From positions 2,728,001 to 2,792,000 of the forward strand of contig MU054212.1 of the NCBI GenBank assembly GCA_013239625.1: a stretch of DNA of 64,000 nucleotides. The letters run 5' to 3'. Source of the stretch: Lama guanicoe. Its lineage: Eukaryota. Made by a program: the position numbers and the translations under genes. The notes below the pieces were generated by a model. That model was given only the letters and a program-made list of their open reading frames with translations. It did no database searches and was not told the DNA's origin. Of this stretch, positions 13,463 through 26,130 are shown one piece after another. Position 1 is the stretch's first letter. Every line of letters begins with the position of its first letter.

Positions 13463-16400
13463 GTAGGACTTTCAAGTTACCATGCTTGTCTTTGTGTTTG
13501 GGGGAAGGTTGGCAGCTCTCTCCTGGCAATTAGGTCAGGGTTTATTTTGCTGTTGCATACCATTTGCCGAAGCCTTGGGGAAGGACAGGAACTGCTGAAG
13601 GCAAGGGCAGTACTTCAAATGAGGTCAATGAGTTATGTGCTCTCTTTTTAAAATTTATTTTCAAGGCTTAGGCCTGTCTAGAAATGGCTCTTTGTAAACT
13701 ACAGCAGCGTACTTGGAGAAATATAATGTGGGATTAAAAAAAAAGAAAGAAAGAAACTTCTGAGATTTAGCATCTGGGACTGTACAATAGGCTACATTTT
13801 TCCAGGGTAATTGTTCGTTTTGTAAATCTGATACTGCTTATAATTCTTTGGCTGGGAGGTGGTACTGGGATTTAGTTTTAAATGGAAAACGCCTCTGGCT
13901 TTTAATTTTCTGGGCCCAGCAGTTTTCTGTTCTGGAATGGAGCCCTTGTTTCACACAGTTCATGTTTAGCTGCAGGGGTTTTAGTTTATAGCTTAGACTG
14001 GTTAAGCTTTTACTCCCAGAGGCCTCTGCATAGCAACTGTAGAAATCAACAAATAAGTTCATTTATGTCTGCAGCCTCCTCTCAGTAGCTGACTTTTTAC
14101 ATTTCCCAATATCCATTTCCTGACTTTTCTAGCCCCAGAGAAAAAAGCTCCACTAATTGGAGCTTATTTTAATTGAGCCTTAATATTGGATCTCACTGGA
14201 GTTGCCCCCAGAGCTGCTGAGAACAGAAGGAAATGAAAGTACCTGAGGTTGAAGATGTGGTGTGTGTATGGGTGTGTGTGTGAAATTTTTCACTTGACCT
14301 ACAGATTCTTTTCCCTGCTGAATAAATCATCAAGCCTGTTCACATTTCTGATTAAGGATCTGACAGCAGACGATAATAAAGACAATTGAGGTGTGAGACG
14401 TGTGATATGGAGCTGAAGAAATTGGTTTCTATAGTTACTTGACTGATTTCATGCAATTTTTAAGGATCTTTTTGCTAAATAAGAGTGATTTCCTGAGCAA
14501 CCTTTTTCCTTAACTGTGCCTCTTGAACTATGAAATTTGTTGTTGCTTAACAGTGCTGCACCGGCTCCTGGGTGCCAGCAGCAGCAGGTTATTTATGAAT
14601 GTTTTAAAGGCCCTTATTGTTTGGATTAATGTAGGAGCTGAGGCAAAACTAATGGAAGTCTAGTAAGATTCCTACAATCAATGTGGTATGTTTTTACTAA
14701 AATAGAGAAAGCAAAAAACGTGAACTCTACATGAAAGGGTTTCTGGATTGGGATGAGAACTGGAAAAGGAGAATATTAAAAAGGACTTGAAACCAGAATC
14801 ATTTTATTTCAATAACAGAAAAATTCTCATACTCATTTCTTTCTAGTCGAAAATTTATCTAAAAATATTATCTTAAAAAATTAACATGAGAGCTGTACCT
14901 ATAATCTTCTTTAAACAAGTCTGGCTTGATGACGGGTTATTTGTGGATGGGGAACTTATTGTTGCTGTGAATCATGGGTATCCCTCTTTGTTTTCATTGA
15001 GGACTGATTCGATGCTTATCTTACTTTCTTGTAATTCCACCCTCTTTTGGGAAAATGTATCTCAGAAAGCTTACCCTTCTATCCTTAAAGATCTTATCCT
15101 GTCTGCTCTTCCTTCATAAACCTTCACAAACATCTAAATCATAAATTAATTTTTCCTTCATGTTTGTATGGAATGGTTTAGTTTGGTTTGTTTTTCTTTT
15201 AATATTATGTTTAATTATTCCCTGAGGGATGAATAGGTGGACAGGATTTTTTGAAGAAAATTGTGGAGCGAATGTGGGGGAAAAAAAAAACTCTCGATGA
15301 GAGCAGGTGGTGGCTGACCTGTTTTTTCCTCCCACTCTTTTCACTTGTTTGTTTCTTTATCCTAGCAAGAGTAAAAGGACTGTGTGTTCTTCCCCAAAAT
15401 ATTTTGAAAGTTTTCTAGTTGCTTCCTATTCTAAATCATCTTTGATGTGAAAAAAAAAATCAAATACATTGGTCCAGTTCCATGAACAGAGCCACTCTGT
15501 ATTAGTTGCAAATGTTTGATGAAAGTAAAATATTGTCATTTCTGTCACCCCATTGCCCTCTACAGCTCCTAATAACTAATATTCTAAGGAGCTCTAATTT
15601 AGGATCAAACACAGGGATATCATATTTTGGTTGCAAAAGTCATTGACCCTATCTTCATCTAGAGTTGAATTGTTCTCTTACACGGTAATTTGTAAGGTTA
15701 TCATTTTGGGTATATGAATCGATATTACACTGGCATAAACTATAAAGCTTTGGTTTGTGAGTTTTTTTGGTATTTGGCTGGCTGGAAAGTTTTCTTTATC
15801 CAATTGTGAAAATTAGCACAGATTCCTTACAGTGGCTCCATCTAAACTGCTTTGTTTTCCTCTTCCAGGTAACTACCTACCTACCACGCTGGTCATAGGA
15901 AATAGATTAGTGACAGTATCTTATGAATAGAGAACTCCAAAGAGCTGTTTAGAGAAGCTGTAGGTTTTATTGATCCTGGGAAATGTTTCAGCAGTGATGT
16001 TTGTCATATAAATATTAAGTCACAGCTTGAATCCCCTTCATACATGGGCTTGTAATCCATGATTGCTTTCAATTGTTAAGGACTAGAGTTTTGATCTTGA
16101 TCATTTCTCCCGTAGGTTTTCTTCTCTCTAATTCAGTTTTAAGAATCTGTTTATTTCTTCTTTACATTCTGGTGCAAGGACAAACTGTGTTCAATTAGAC
16201 AGTTTTTATAAAGGTGTCTAGTTTCTTTTCATCCTTCCTATTGACTTCTTCCAATTTTGTCATTCTCATTTGGCACTTAAAAAAAAAAATAGGCTGCCTT
16301 TGGGTTTGCCTCCAGCCTAGTCTCAATCCATTGAAGTAACTCCTAGTGCATACTGTTCTTATTACCTACTAAGCTGTCTGTCTATTTGAAAACCTTATTA

Positions 16401-17112
16401 TTGTCTGGCTAAAATGTGGATATCTCTGTAATTCAAACATTTTAGTTCTAACTTTATGGGTGTCTTTTTCTCATTTTCTGTTTTTGCCTAAAGAAGAAAA
16501 CATTGTGTTTCTTTCTCTCTCTGTCGTAACTTTATGTTCTAAATATGAACACTTTTAAATTATGATGTTTATCCCCTAGACACTTTTATTACAGTGTAGG
16601 TACTGAATTCTTCCATTTCATCATTAATTTGTGAAAGGTGTTAAATAGATTACTAATTGCCAAATTCTAACTTCAGACAAGCAGGCGCATCTTTGTTTAA
16701 TGCAGTTGCAGACTTGTCTGTGCTGTGTGTCCTAGATTACCATCTAGCCGTCAGTGTTTTCCTTTCTTACCACATCATCCAGAATTCTGTGGAGCAAGTC
16801 ATCTGACCTTGGAGTTCAAACATCCTGATACCTTAAACATTTGTTATATATATTGTGACCCTTACTTCCTTTTGACTATCTTCTTTCTTTTTTGAGAAAT
16901 GAGTTCAGTGCATCTGTGCAGAGTGAGACAAAGAATGCACTGACTTTCTTTTTAACAATTCCTAGCATTTCCACTTTCATTTTGTTACCAGAGAATAGAA
17001 GAAAGACAAAGGAATGCCAGACATGAATCTGCTGGCACATTAGCTTCACCAGCGCAATCTGTAGAATCTGGGCAAAAGAATAAGTACTAAATGATTCAGA
17101 TGTATAACAGAA

Positions 17113-17155
17113 ATATATATATATATATTTTTATATACACACACACATATATATA
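17113..17155. repeat. (TA)n/(CA)n compound microsatellite
   Basis: atatatatatatatatttttatatacacacacacacatatatata read directly. Confidence 0.85.
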
Positions 17156-17344
17156 AATAAAAAGAAAACTTGTACCCTGAAGTATTTTGAATTTTTGTTT
17201 ATAGAAAATGTAAGATATAAAAAGTAGTAGCAATACAATTCTCCATAAAGCATTATTGTACAAAAAATAAAATACTAAATCATAAGGCTCATTACTGATT
17301 AGAAAATATATTACTTACATACAAGAAAGGCAAGGGATTTTTTT

Positions 17345-18330
17345 AACCTTTTTTATTGTTTTATAATCATTTTACAATGTTGTGTCAAATTCCAGGGTAG
17401 AGCACAATTTTTCAGTTATACATGAACATATGTATATTCATTGTCACATTTCTTTGTCTATGAGCTACCATAAGATCTTGTGTATATTTCCCTGTGCTAT
17501 ACAGTATAATCTTGTTTATCTATTCTACAATTTTGAAATCCCTTCTATCCCTTCCCACCCTCCACCCCCTTGGCAACCACAAGTTTGTATTCTATGTCTA
17601 TGAGTCTATTTCTGTTTTGTATTTATGCTTTGTTTGTTTGTTTGTTTGTTTTTAGATTCCACATATGAGTGATCTCATATGGTATTTTTCTTTCTCTTTC
17701 TGGCTTACTTGACTTAGAATGACATTCTCCAGGAGCATCCATGCTGCTGCAAATGGCATTATGTTGTCAGTTTTTATGGCTGAGTAGTATTCCATTGTAT
17801 AAATATACCACATCTTCTTTATCCAGTCATCTGTTGATGGACATTTAGGTTGTCTCCATGTCTTGGCTATTGTAAATAGTGCTGCTATGAACATTGGGGT
17901 GCAGGTGTCATCCTGAAGTAGGGCTCCTTCTGGATATATGCCCAGGAGCAGGATTCCTGGGTCATACGGTAAGTCTATTGCTAGCCTTTTGAGGAATCTC
18001 CATACTATTTTCCACAGTGACTGCACCAAACAGCATTCCCACCAGCAGTGTAGGAGGGTTCCCCTTTCTCCACAGCGTCTCCAGCATTTGTCATTTGTGG
18101 ATTTTTGAATGACGGCCATTGTGACTGGTGTGAGGTGATACCTTGTAGTTTTGATCTGCATTTCTCTGATAATTACTGATACTGAGCATTTTTTCATGTG
18201 CCTATTGATCATTTGTATGTCCTCCTTGGAGAATTGCTTGTTTAGGTCTTTTGCCCATTTTTGGATTGGGTTGTTTGGTTGTTTCTTATTAAGTTGTATG
18301 AGCTGCTTATATATTCTGGAGATCAAGCCT
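17345..18330 (-). mobile_element. Young 5'-truncated L1 (camelid-like), ORF2 C-terminus plus 3'UTR
   Basis: The ORF 17652-18341 frame is L1 ORF2p, with the cysteine-rich motif [18 protein letters not shown] and [18 protein letters not shown]. Flanked by a perfect direct repeat AAGAAAGGCAAGGGATTTTTTT (17323-17344, 18331-18352). Confidence 0.95.
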
Positions 18331-18626
18331 AAGAAAGGCAAGGGATTTTTTTAAACAAAAATTTTAAAAGATACAGAGTCAGTGAAATGTGATAGATAAG
18401 TCTATTAAATTAGAGCAGTTTGTGTTTAAACTTTGTGCTAGTTCTGCACAAGCCAAAACTCATGGAACACCAGACAGGCAAAAATGAAGTTTGTCATTTA
18501 AAGTACATTTTAGCAATCAAATTAGTGTGGTATGGAGAAGATGTTCTTAAAATGACAAGTTATAAGGAGCTTACATGCGTAACAGAGAAACAGAGATGCA
18601 GTGTTTCAAAGCATTGATGTCTAAGA

Positions 18627-18815
18627 CAGTGGTTCTCAAACTTTAATGTGCATGAGAATTATCAGGAGCGCTTGTTAAAACACACATTGGTGGGTCTCAC
18701 CCCCAGAATTTATGATACAGTAGGCCTGGGCGAGGCCTGGGCATTTCCATTTCCAACAAATTTCCAGTAATTCTCCTGTTTCTGCTGCTGCTCTGGAGGT
18801 TACACTTAGAACCAT
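18627..18815. mobile_element. MER5A hAT-Charlie MITE
   Basis: cagtggttctcaaacttt...gcttgttaaaacacacattg...ccccagaattt...ttccaacaaatttccag. Confidence 0.8.
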
Positions 18816-19204
18816 CCATGTAGGAGAAGAAAGAAGAGAGCCTTTAAAATCTATCACTTCCATTTTCGCATTGACTAAATGGTCATAGAAAGTTGAATAT
18901 AATACTGTGGTTTGGAAATCTGAAAGTTGGCATCTTGAACTGGCACATAGTTCAGTTACCATCAAGTTACCATTGACTAGGCTCTCTCTTGGCTTTACTG
19001 CTTCACTAGGTTTTTTAATGGATATTTTCACAAGAGACCTTTATTGGTTGTATCTCTTGATTGATGTACCTTACGCAGAAAAGATAACTTTTTATTTAGA
19101 ACTTCATCAGAAGATTGTAAGCATTCTTAATTTTGAAGTATGAGATCTGTGTGTCTTGAGAAATGTAGTTTCCTTTTGGTAGAAGATGTGTGTATTACAG
19201 AAGA

Positions 19205-19345
19205 AATAGCATTGGACCAGAGTCAGGGATCTTGGATGCTAGGCCTGCCATTCTCTGAATTTCACTTTGGGAAAACTGCTTCACCTCTTTGAATTTACCC
19301 CAGTTTCCTTGTATTGAAGATGAATGTAACAATACATGTTCTGCT
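19205..19345 (+). mobile_element. MIR SINE fragment
   Basis: agcattggaccagagtcag...ctttgggaaaactgcttcacctct...cagtttcctt core. Confidence 0.6.
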
Positions 19346-19447
19346 TATATTACAGAGCTGTCATAATTTAGGGAAAGGTGAGGTATTACAGGGAAAATCA
19401 GTAGCTTAAAAACATTTGCTGTAGGAACATTTAAGAAAGATGCTATC

Positions 19448-19641
19448 TATGTAGAACAGATCAATAAGATTATACTGTATAGCACAGGGAGATGTATACA
19501 AGATCTTACGGTAGCTCACAGTGAAAAAAATGTGACAATGAATATATGTATGTTCATATATAACTGAAAAATTGTGCTCTACACTGAAATTTGACACAAC
19601 ATTGTAAAATGACTATAACTCAATAAAAAATGTTAAAAAAA
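19448..19641 (+). mobile_element. Very short young L1 3' end, same family as 17345-18330
   Basis: Close reverse complement of about 17345-17530. Ends caataaaaaatgtt(A)n. TSD AAAGATGCTATC at 19436-19447 and 19642-19653. Confidence 0.9.
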
Positions 19642-21499
19642 AAAGATGCTATCAAGCTCTTAAACGTAAGCTGGAGATTGACCACGGATATGTCAGTTAC
19701 TTTTTGGTATTTGGGGGGTGGAGTTTTTTTTTCCTTACACAGGACTGAAAAGAATGTTGGGAAGAAACAAGAATATAAGAGTGAGAACTGGAAAAAAAAA
19801 AGTTAATGTAACCTAACATGAATACAGTGCATTATATTTCTTTTAAACAATACGTAAATCAAGTATTATGTTTGAATGTAAGGGGGAACGTGTCTGATTG
19901 AGATTATGTGGAATATGATATTTTCCTGAAAGTTAGAGATGAATTACAAGGGCTGACTAGCAAAGCATCAGAATATATTTTTCAAATTCCAAGTATCTCA
20001 GGTGTTCTGCTTATCTGAAGCCTTAATGGTTGGGAGAAAAAATTAATCAGACTCTAATTGTTTGATTTGGTGGAATGCCTGCTTATTAATTTTTAAAGGG
20101 TTGTAAAGGATCCTGTGTTTCAATTGTGATGTCCTTGAATTTAAGTTGAGGGGGGTGATTTTTTGGTAAGTTCTCTTAAGATTTTGCTCCTTTGGTTTAA
20201 GATTTATGTTAAAAGAGTTTCGTGCCATGTTGTTTGCTTGTTTTATAGTATAATATTTTAGGATTTAACTTTGCTTCTTAATAAATTGCCATACTTCAGA
20301 AGTGATGGTAAGCATTGCTGAGAATTTTAGTGTTTGGTCAATTATTTTTTCAGAGTATATCTAAAATTCTGTTTACATTTTTATTATTTAAGAAGCATCT
20401 GTTGTTTGATGGTGGGGTTTTATTGTTATCTCTGAGTACACTTAATTGTGAAATATAAGCAGGACATAATTCTTAATCCTTTGTATGCTGGACTCAAAAC
20501 CTGGTAGTGTACTTTATTTCTCTTATTTGTTTAGAGTCTTTCAAACATTACTGTTTGGTGGCATTAGCTGCTTTTGTTACCGTTAATGTGTTTCTTGTTG
20601 GACAGCACAGATAAGCCTTTAGGGAGACATTAACTTATGTCTCAGATCCTCCCTTTGCTATATACCTTATTATCATTTTCCAGAAGTTTGTAGGAAAATC
20701 ACTCTGTATATGACACTGCTTCATTTTTTTGGATTATTTGTTACGAAGGAAACCTCTGCTGTTATCTTTTGTACTTTCTGTGCCTACATTTTTTTCTCTA
20801 TATCTTGCCTTCCTTGAGCATGGAAAAGAAACACATTTTTGGATTTCCCATTATGTCAGTGTCATAATTATCCATATAATTTAGCCCTTCCTGTTAAATA
20901 CATCCCTATATCTGTGGAAGGAGTTGGCTGTAAGACGCTGGTTTATTCATTCTTTTTGCAGCTCCTCTGATTCTGCCTGAACTTTCCAGGTTCTGTTTTC
21001 ATTTATTTTTATTTTTCTGTATCTTTTGTTCTTGAAACTTGTGTGCTTAGCATCAAGAAGTACCTCCATTGAATTTTAGCTCTGAGAACTTGTGTGATCT
21101 TTAAGGTAGTCTATTAATGTGTTTAAAGTCAATACTACCGTAGTTGTACTTGAAAGGGAACAGAGACAAGTACTAAACGCTGGGGATAAAGTAATTTTTA
21201 CTGCAGTTGCTCTATTGCTCTCTAGGGCACTGACTTGAATTTTAGGGGACTTCTACTTGATATCAGAGAGACTGTGATAAGGAAGATGAAGGCTTCTGTC
21301 TTTTTCAATTAGCCATAAAGGAAGGAATAAGGGTACCCTTAAAAGAGAAGCTGCCAAACTTGTTAGGTCTTTTTGGACCAAGTGGAGTGTTGCTGGTGTA
21401 GGTGAGTAAGTAGGCTTAAGTTTTATGAAGCAAAGGCTAGCAGGAATGTAATGTAACAGAAACTTGTTGTTAGAATTCTGGTTAAACTAGCTTTTAAAG

Positions 21500-22805
21500 T
21501 ACTCAGTTATGATGGAGTGAAAACATCCCCTACTGTTTCTCCCACCAAATACAGCCTTAAAACCTGGACAGAATGCATGGAGTAGCTATTTGGAGGCTTT
21601 GGAAAATAAATAGTAGGCAAACTGGGGAAGAAGATGAGAACGCAGATTGACTTCTGAGTCAGCAGTGAGGCTGCCTTGTCTCTTTCACCCCACCCTCCAC
21701 CCCCGTTTTTTCTTGCTGCTTGACCCTAGACACGGACACAGTCACAGAAGTAAGTGGCAAAGGGGATAACTAGAGCCCCAGGGAACCAGAAGTTACTGAG
21801 AGGTTTGTAGAAGAGGAGGAGCTTAGGAAAGCAACCGTATATTATTATTTTAAATTCTCATGCCCACTCTTGAGCTACGCATTTGTCGTATGTGAATCTG
21901 ATTCTGATCAGCATACCAGAGATTTTAGCAATTGCACTAACAGACCACTGCCAGGTCCCAGACTGATCACGGAGTGATGCACATTTGGAACAGATCCAAA
22001 TAGCACTACAAAGGCTTGGAAAACTGAACTGATTTTAGAGCCGCAGCCCACAGAAGTCATGTTGGAACTTGTGATCAAAATGTAACTGACCTGTTTTGCA
22101 TGCTCAAACAGAAACATCAACATTCTTCAAGGGATTTAAAGAAGACCCAGAATCTTATAATATTCAAAATAATCAGGATACTATCCAAATTACTTAGCAT
22201 GAAGAACCAGGAACATCTCAACTTACATGGGGAGAGGTAGTCAGCAGATGCCAACCCTAAGATGACGCAAATATTAAAATTATCTGACAAACACTTTCAA
22301 GTAGCTACTATAAAAATGCTCCAAAAAGCAATTACACACACTCTTGAAATGGTTGGAAAATTAGAAAGTCCCAGCAAAGAAGTAGAAGACCTAACAATTT
22401 CTGAAGTGGAAATTTTAGAAGTGAAAATGACAATAACCAGGATAAAACATTTGCTGGATGGATTGGATAGCAGAAGAGAGATGACAGAGGAAAGAGTCAG
22501 TGAACTTGAAGATGGATAGATAGAATTTATCTGAACAATAGAGAGGAAAGTTAGGTCAAAAAGAAATAAAAACAAAAAAGGCCTAAGAGACCTGTGGGAC
22601 AGTGACCAAAGATCTGGCATTCATATTACTGAAGTCTCAGAAGAGAAAGAGTGAGATATACTAAAAATATTTTTGAAAAAACAATAACTAAAATCTCCTC
22701 CAATTTAGGGAAGGACATAAACTTTCACTGTTATTCAACTTTATATTGCCAGTACAATAAGGCAAGAAAAATAAAAAGCATGTAGATTGAAGAGAAAAAT
22801 TAAAT
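21500..22805 (+). mobile_element. Old L1M 5' region/ORF1 remnant plus a short ORF2 piece
   Basis: ORF 22262-22519 resembles the L1 ORF1p coiled coil (LDGLDSRREMTEERVSELED). 22722-22805 reads LSLLFNFIL..ASTIRQEK (RT region). Confidence 0.75.
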
Positions 22806-22809
22806 AGCA

Positions 22810-23758
22810 TGTCCTTTTATTCTCTTAACTGTGTATCTTTTATAGAGCAAAAGTTTTTAATTTTTATGAAGTCAAATTTGTCAATTGTAAAAAACAGACC
22901 TACTTTGACTGTCATATCTAAGAATTCTTTGCTGGGCCCAGAGTCATGAAGTTTTTTTTCTTGTGTTTTTTTGCTAGAAGTTTATAGTTTACATTTTGAG
23001 TTAATTTTGGTATAAGAGGTAAGGTTCAAGATTCATTTTTTTGCGTGTGAATGTTCAGTTGCTGCATTTGTTAAGACAACTGCTTTCTCAATTGAATTGA
23101 ATTGTTTAACACCTTGTTGAAAAATCAGTTGAGCATATTTATGTGGGTCTATTTCTTGGTTTTCTGTTCTGTCTCATTAATCTATGTGTCCATCCCTTTT
23201 TCAGTACTGCATTATTTTGATTATTATAGCCTTATATAAGTAATTCTTAAAATTATATGGTGTAATTTTTCCAATTACCCTTTTCCCCAATGTGATTTAA
23301 CTTCTCTAGCTTCTTTGCCTTTCCATATAGATTTTACAATCAATTTATCCATATCTACAAAAAAACTTATTGGAATTGTGTCAAATATGTAGGTCAATTT
23401 GGAAAGAATTGAAATCTTTACTGTATTCAGTCTTACAATCTATGAATGCAGTATGTCTCTCCACTTGTCTGCTTTCTTTCATCTGCGTTTTGTGGTTTGT
23501 AACATATAAATACCTGTACATGTTAGATTTATACCTGAATATTTCATTTTGGAGATAACTATTATAGGTGACTTTTTTTTAAATTTAAGTTTCTGATTGT
23601 ACTTTAGCGATATTTAGAAGTATGATTGAATATTGTGTGTATTGATGTTGCATCTTGCAGCCTTGCTAGAGTCATTCCTTGGTCCTAGGAGTGTTTTTGG
23701 TTTTGTTTCTTTGTAACTAACTTGAGGCTTTCTATGTAGATTATCATGCCATTTGCAG
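22810..23758 (-). mobile_element. Old L1M ORF2 fragment starting at the degenerate FADD motif
   Basis: Minus strand from about 23757 reads ANGMIIYIESLK, corresponding to ADDMIVYLENPK. Confidence 0.8.
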
Positions 23759-25394
23759 TCCTGTTTTCCACCAGCAAACCTTTCATTCAATGGCTGTTTT
23801 TACAGAACTGAGTATAGATGTCTTCACCCACTGTGTATGCCAAATTTGCATTAACATCCTCCTGTTCTGGTTAAAAGTGCCTAGTTTTTCTGTATTGTGC
23901 TGACCAAGATATATTGTTTTTAAGAAAGTTTGTTGTGAATACAGAGCCAACCAAACTATGATCCCTTTCCAGTCTTGTTAGAGTTTTGCAGAATTTTCTA
24001 AAACATTGTGTGTGAGATTTCAGAAAACCAAAGTATAATTTGCAAATTGGAAGACATTGTGTTACTGCATAGATTGGGTCATTTTGACAAAGGTCAATTT
24101 GAAAACTGTTTATTTGGTGTGACTATCTTGCAGATGCCATTTCTCTACAGGGAAAGACTTTAAAATAGAGCTTGTTGTTTGATTAGTGCTGCAGGGTAGA
24201 TTAACTAAAATTGCATTTTGTCACCTAGAAGTTCTATATTGCGACAGCATCAGACTCTGAAAGTATATGTTTTATTTAAAAGGCCAGCATCAACAAAAGA
24301 TAAGTTATAACTCCTGAAAACAGTTTTCTAGCAATTTATATATGAGTAAACACGCAATTTAAAAGAAGGATTTCTGCCCTGTAATTTGTGCAGCAAATGG
24401 AAAGTGGTTCCTAGTTCATTTTCTTTAGTTAAGTGTTTGCTGCTTTGCTTGACGCAGTTACGCATGGCTTATTCTTTGTCTTTACCCTAATATTATAAAT
24501 AATTTGAAGTGATCTTTGCTTTATATCTCCCTGAGACTGCCTGTTTCACCACAAACTATTCCCTACTTTAATCTGCTCTTTTTTTTTAAGTGTTAAAAAT
24601 TTGGTTAGTGTTCTTTTAAAATATTATTCTCATAATATATTTACGGTTCCCCAATAGGTTACTTACAGTTGACTCTCTTGGAATCTGATCTTGTTTGAAT
24701 ATTTACTTGGCAAACCAGTGCCTGATTCATCCTTTTTCTCCATGGTAATAAGGTTTTGATGGGAACTGAATATTCTTCCTCTTCCGGAAAAGCTTAAGGA
24801 CCTGTGTAGTGATATTTTATTTTGACTTCTTTACCTTGTTGTTTTTTTTTTAATACCATTTGACACTTAACTTGCCTTATTGAAATGATGCTGTGTTTAA
24901 TGATTTATTTCCTAGTTTAATATCTTAAATTTATCTACCTTAATAGGTATCTTTCATTGGTACCCCTGTGTAGTTTAGTGCCCACATACTAAAAAATTAT
25001 ACTTTGTAGATTTGGTCATTCTGGGTTAAGCATAATAAAAGCTGTATGGCAAAAGAATATTACCTCGCTTTCAATTTTTGGTATAAAGATAAGTACAGAG
25101 TAAATCCAGAAGGAAGTGTGATATATTGAAAAGGTTTGTAAGTTCTGAGTTCTGTTTCTACCACTTATTGTTTGTGTAACCTTTATGAAATTTTCTCAGC
25201 CTCTTAGAGCCTGTCTCACTTAGTTAAAAAAAAAAGGATGAATTATGTATAATATTCATGTTATTATAGGAATTAATAAATACCTTTCAATGTGGCTGGA
25301 AGAGTTAAATGCATTAATTTTAAGGAAGTACTTTGTAAATCGTACAGCATAGAACTGTTTCCTATAAAATACAGAAACTATTTCTTTTTAAGTA

Positions 25395-25630
25395 TGGTTG
25401 ACCCTTGAGCAGCACGGGTTTGAATTGCATGGGTCCGCTTAGATATGCATGTTTTCTTCACTAAGTACAGCGGTACTACGTCCGCGGTTGGTTGAATCAG
25501 CCAGTGCGGACCCGTGAATGTGGAGCAACCTTGGATACGCAGGGCCAACTATAAGTTTTATATGGATTTTTTTCAACTGCATAGAGGTCAGCACCTCTAA
25601 TCCCCACATTCATTGTCCAAGTGTCAACCG
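25395..25630. mobile_element. Tigger2-family (MER8-like) MITE
   Basis: TA|tggttgacccttgagcagcacgggtttgaattgc...ttgtccaagtgtcaaccg|TA, with inverted ends and TA duplication. Confidence 0.8.
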
Positions 25631-26019
25631 TAATTTTTCTTTTAATCTGAAAAGTTTGACTACAGTTTGGCTACTTTCCCTCCAGTTTACTGTTCGAGTT
25701 ATTCTTCAGGCATTTCTTACCTATGCTTAACGCAAGAGAAATTCAGCTCTAGATGTCTTTCCTTTCTTCTTTTTCTTCTATACTTCTTCCTTACTTAAAT
25801 TCTGCCCTTCTGTTATTTAGAGACTCAGGACTGAAGAGTTTGTTAGAGTAAAGGAATCAGGAATTGATGTGCCCCTTGGCTGTTAGTGAAACCTGGTATT
25901 TATTTTACACTGTAACATATTTGGTGAAGAACTGAAAAATGGGTTTAGTGATCACTTTCTTTCCCCGTCTGAGCATGACTGTGTGTAAACATTGATTTTT
26001 TTTTTATTCCATCTTCTAG

Positions 26020-26130
26020 TTACAACAGTTGGAACTCGCACAGATACAGCATAGAGATGCTAATCTCACAGCTCTTGCAGCTATTGGACCAAGAAAGAAG
26101 AGACCACTAGAATCTGGGTCTGGAAGTGAG
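26020..26130 (+). CDS. TAF4B: TAF4B penultimate coding exon, LQQLELAQIQHRDANLTALAAIGPRKKRPLESGSGSE
   Basis: Acceptor (t)10attccatcttctAG and donor GAG|gtattg. 111 nt, phase 0-0. Contains the conserved RDANLTALAAIGPRKKR motif. Confidence 0.97.

Noticed and set aside
14141..14170. Small inverted repeat AAGCTCCA/TGGAGCTT
   Set aside because: An 8-bp stem is within chance expectation.
17652..18341. 229-aa ORF as a host gene
   Set aside because: It is the L1 ORF2p C-terminus of a 5'-truncated copy. Its apparent start lies in the target-site duplication.
17323..18354. Direct repeats as CRISPR-like or recombination sites
   Set aside because: Only two copies flanking an L1, so a target-site duplication. 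No repeat-spacer array is seen anywhere in the window.
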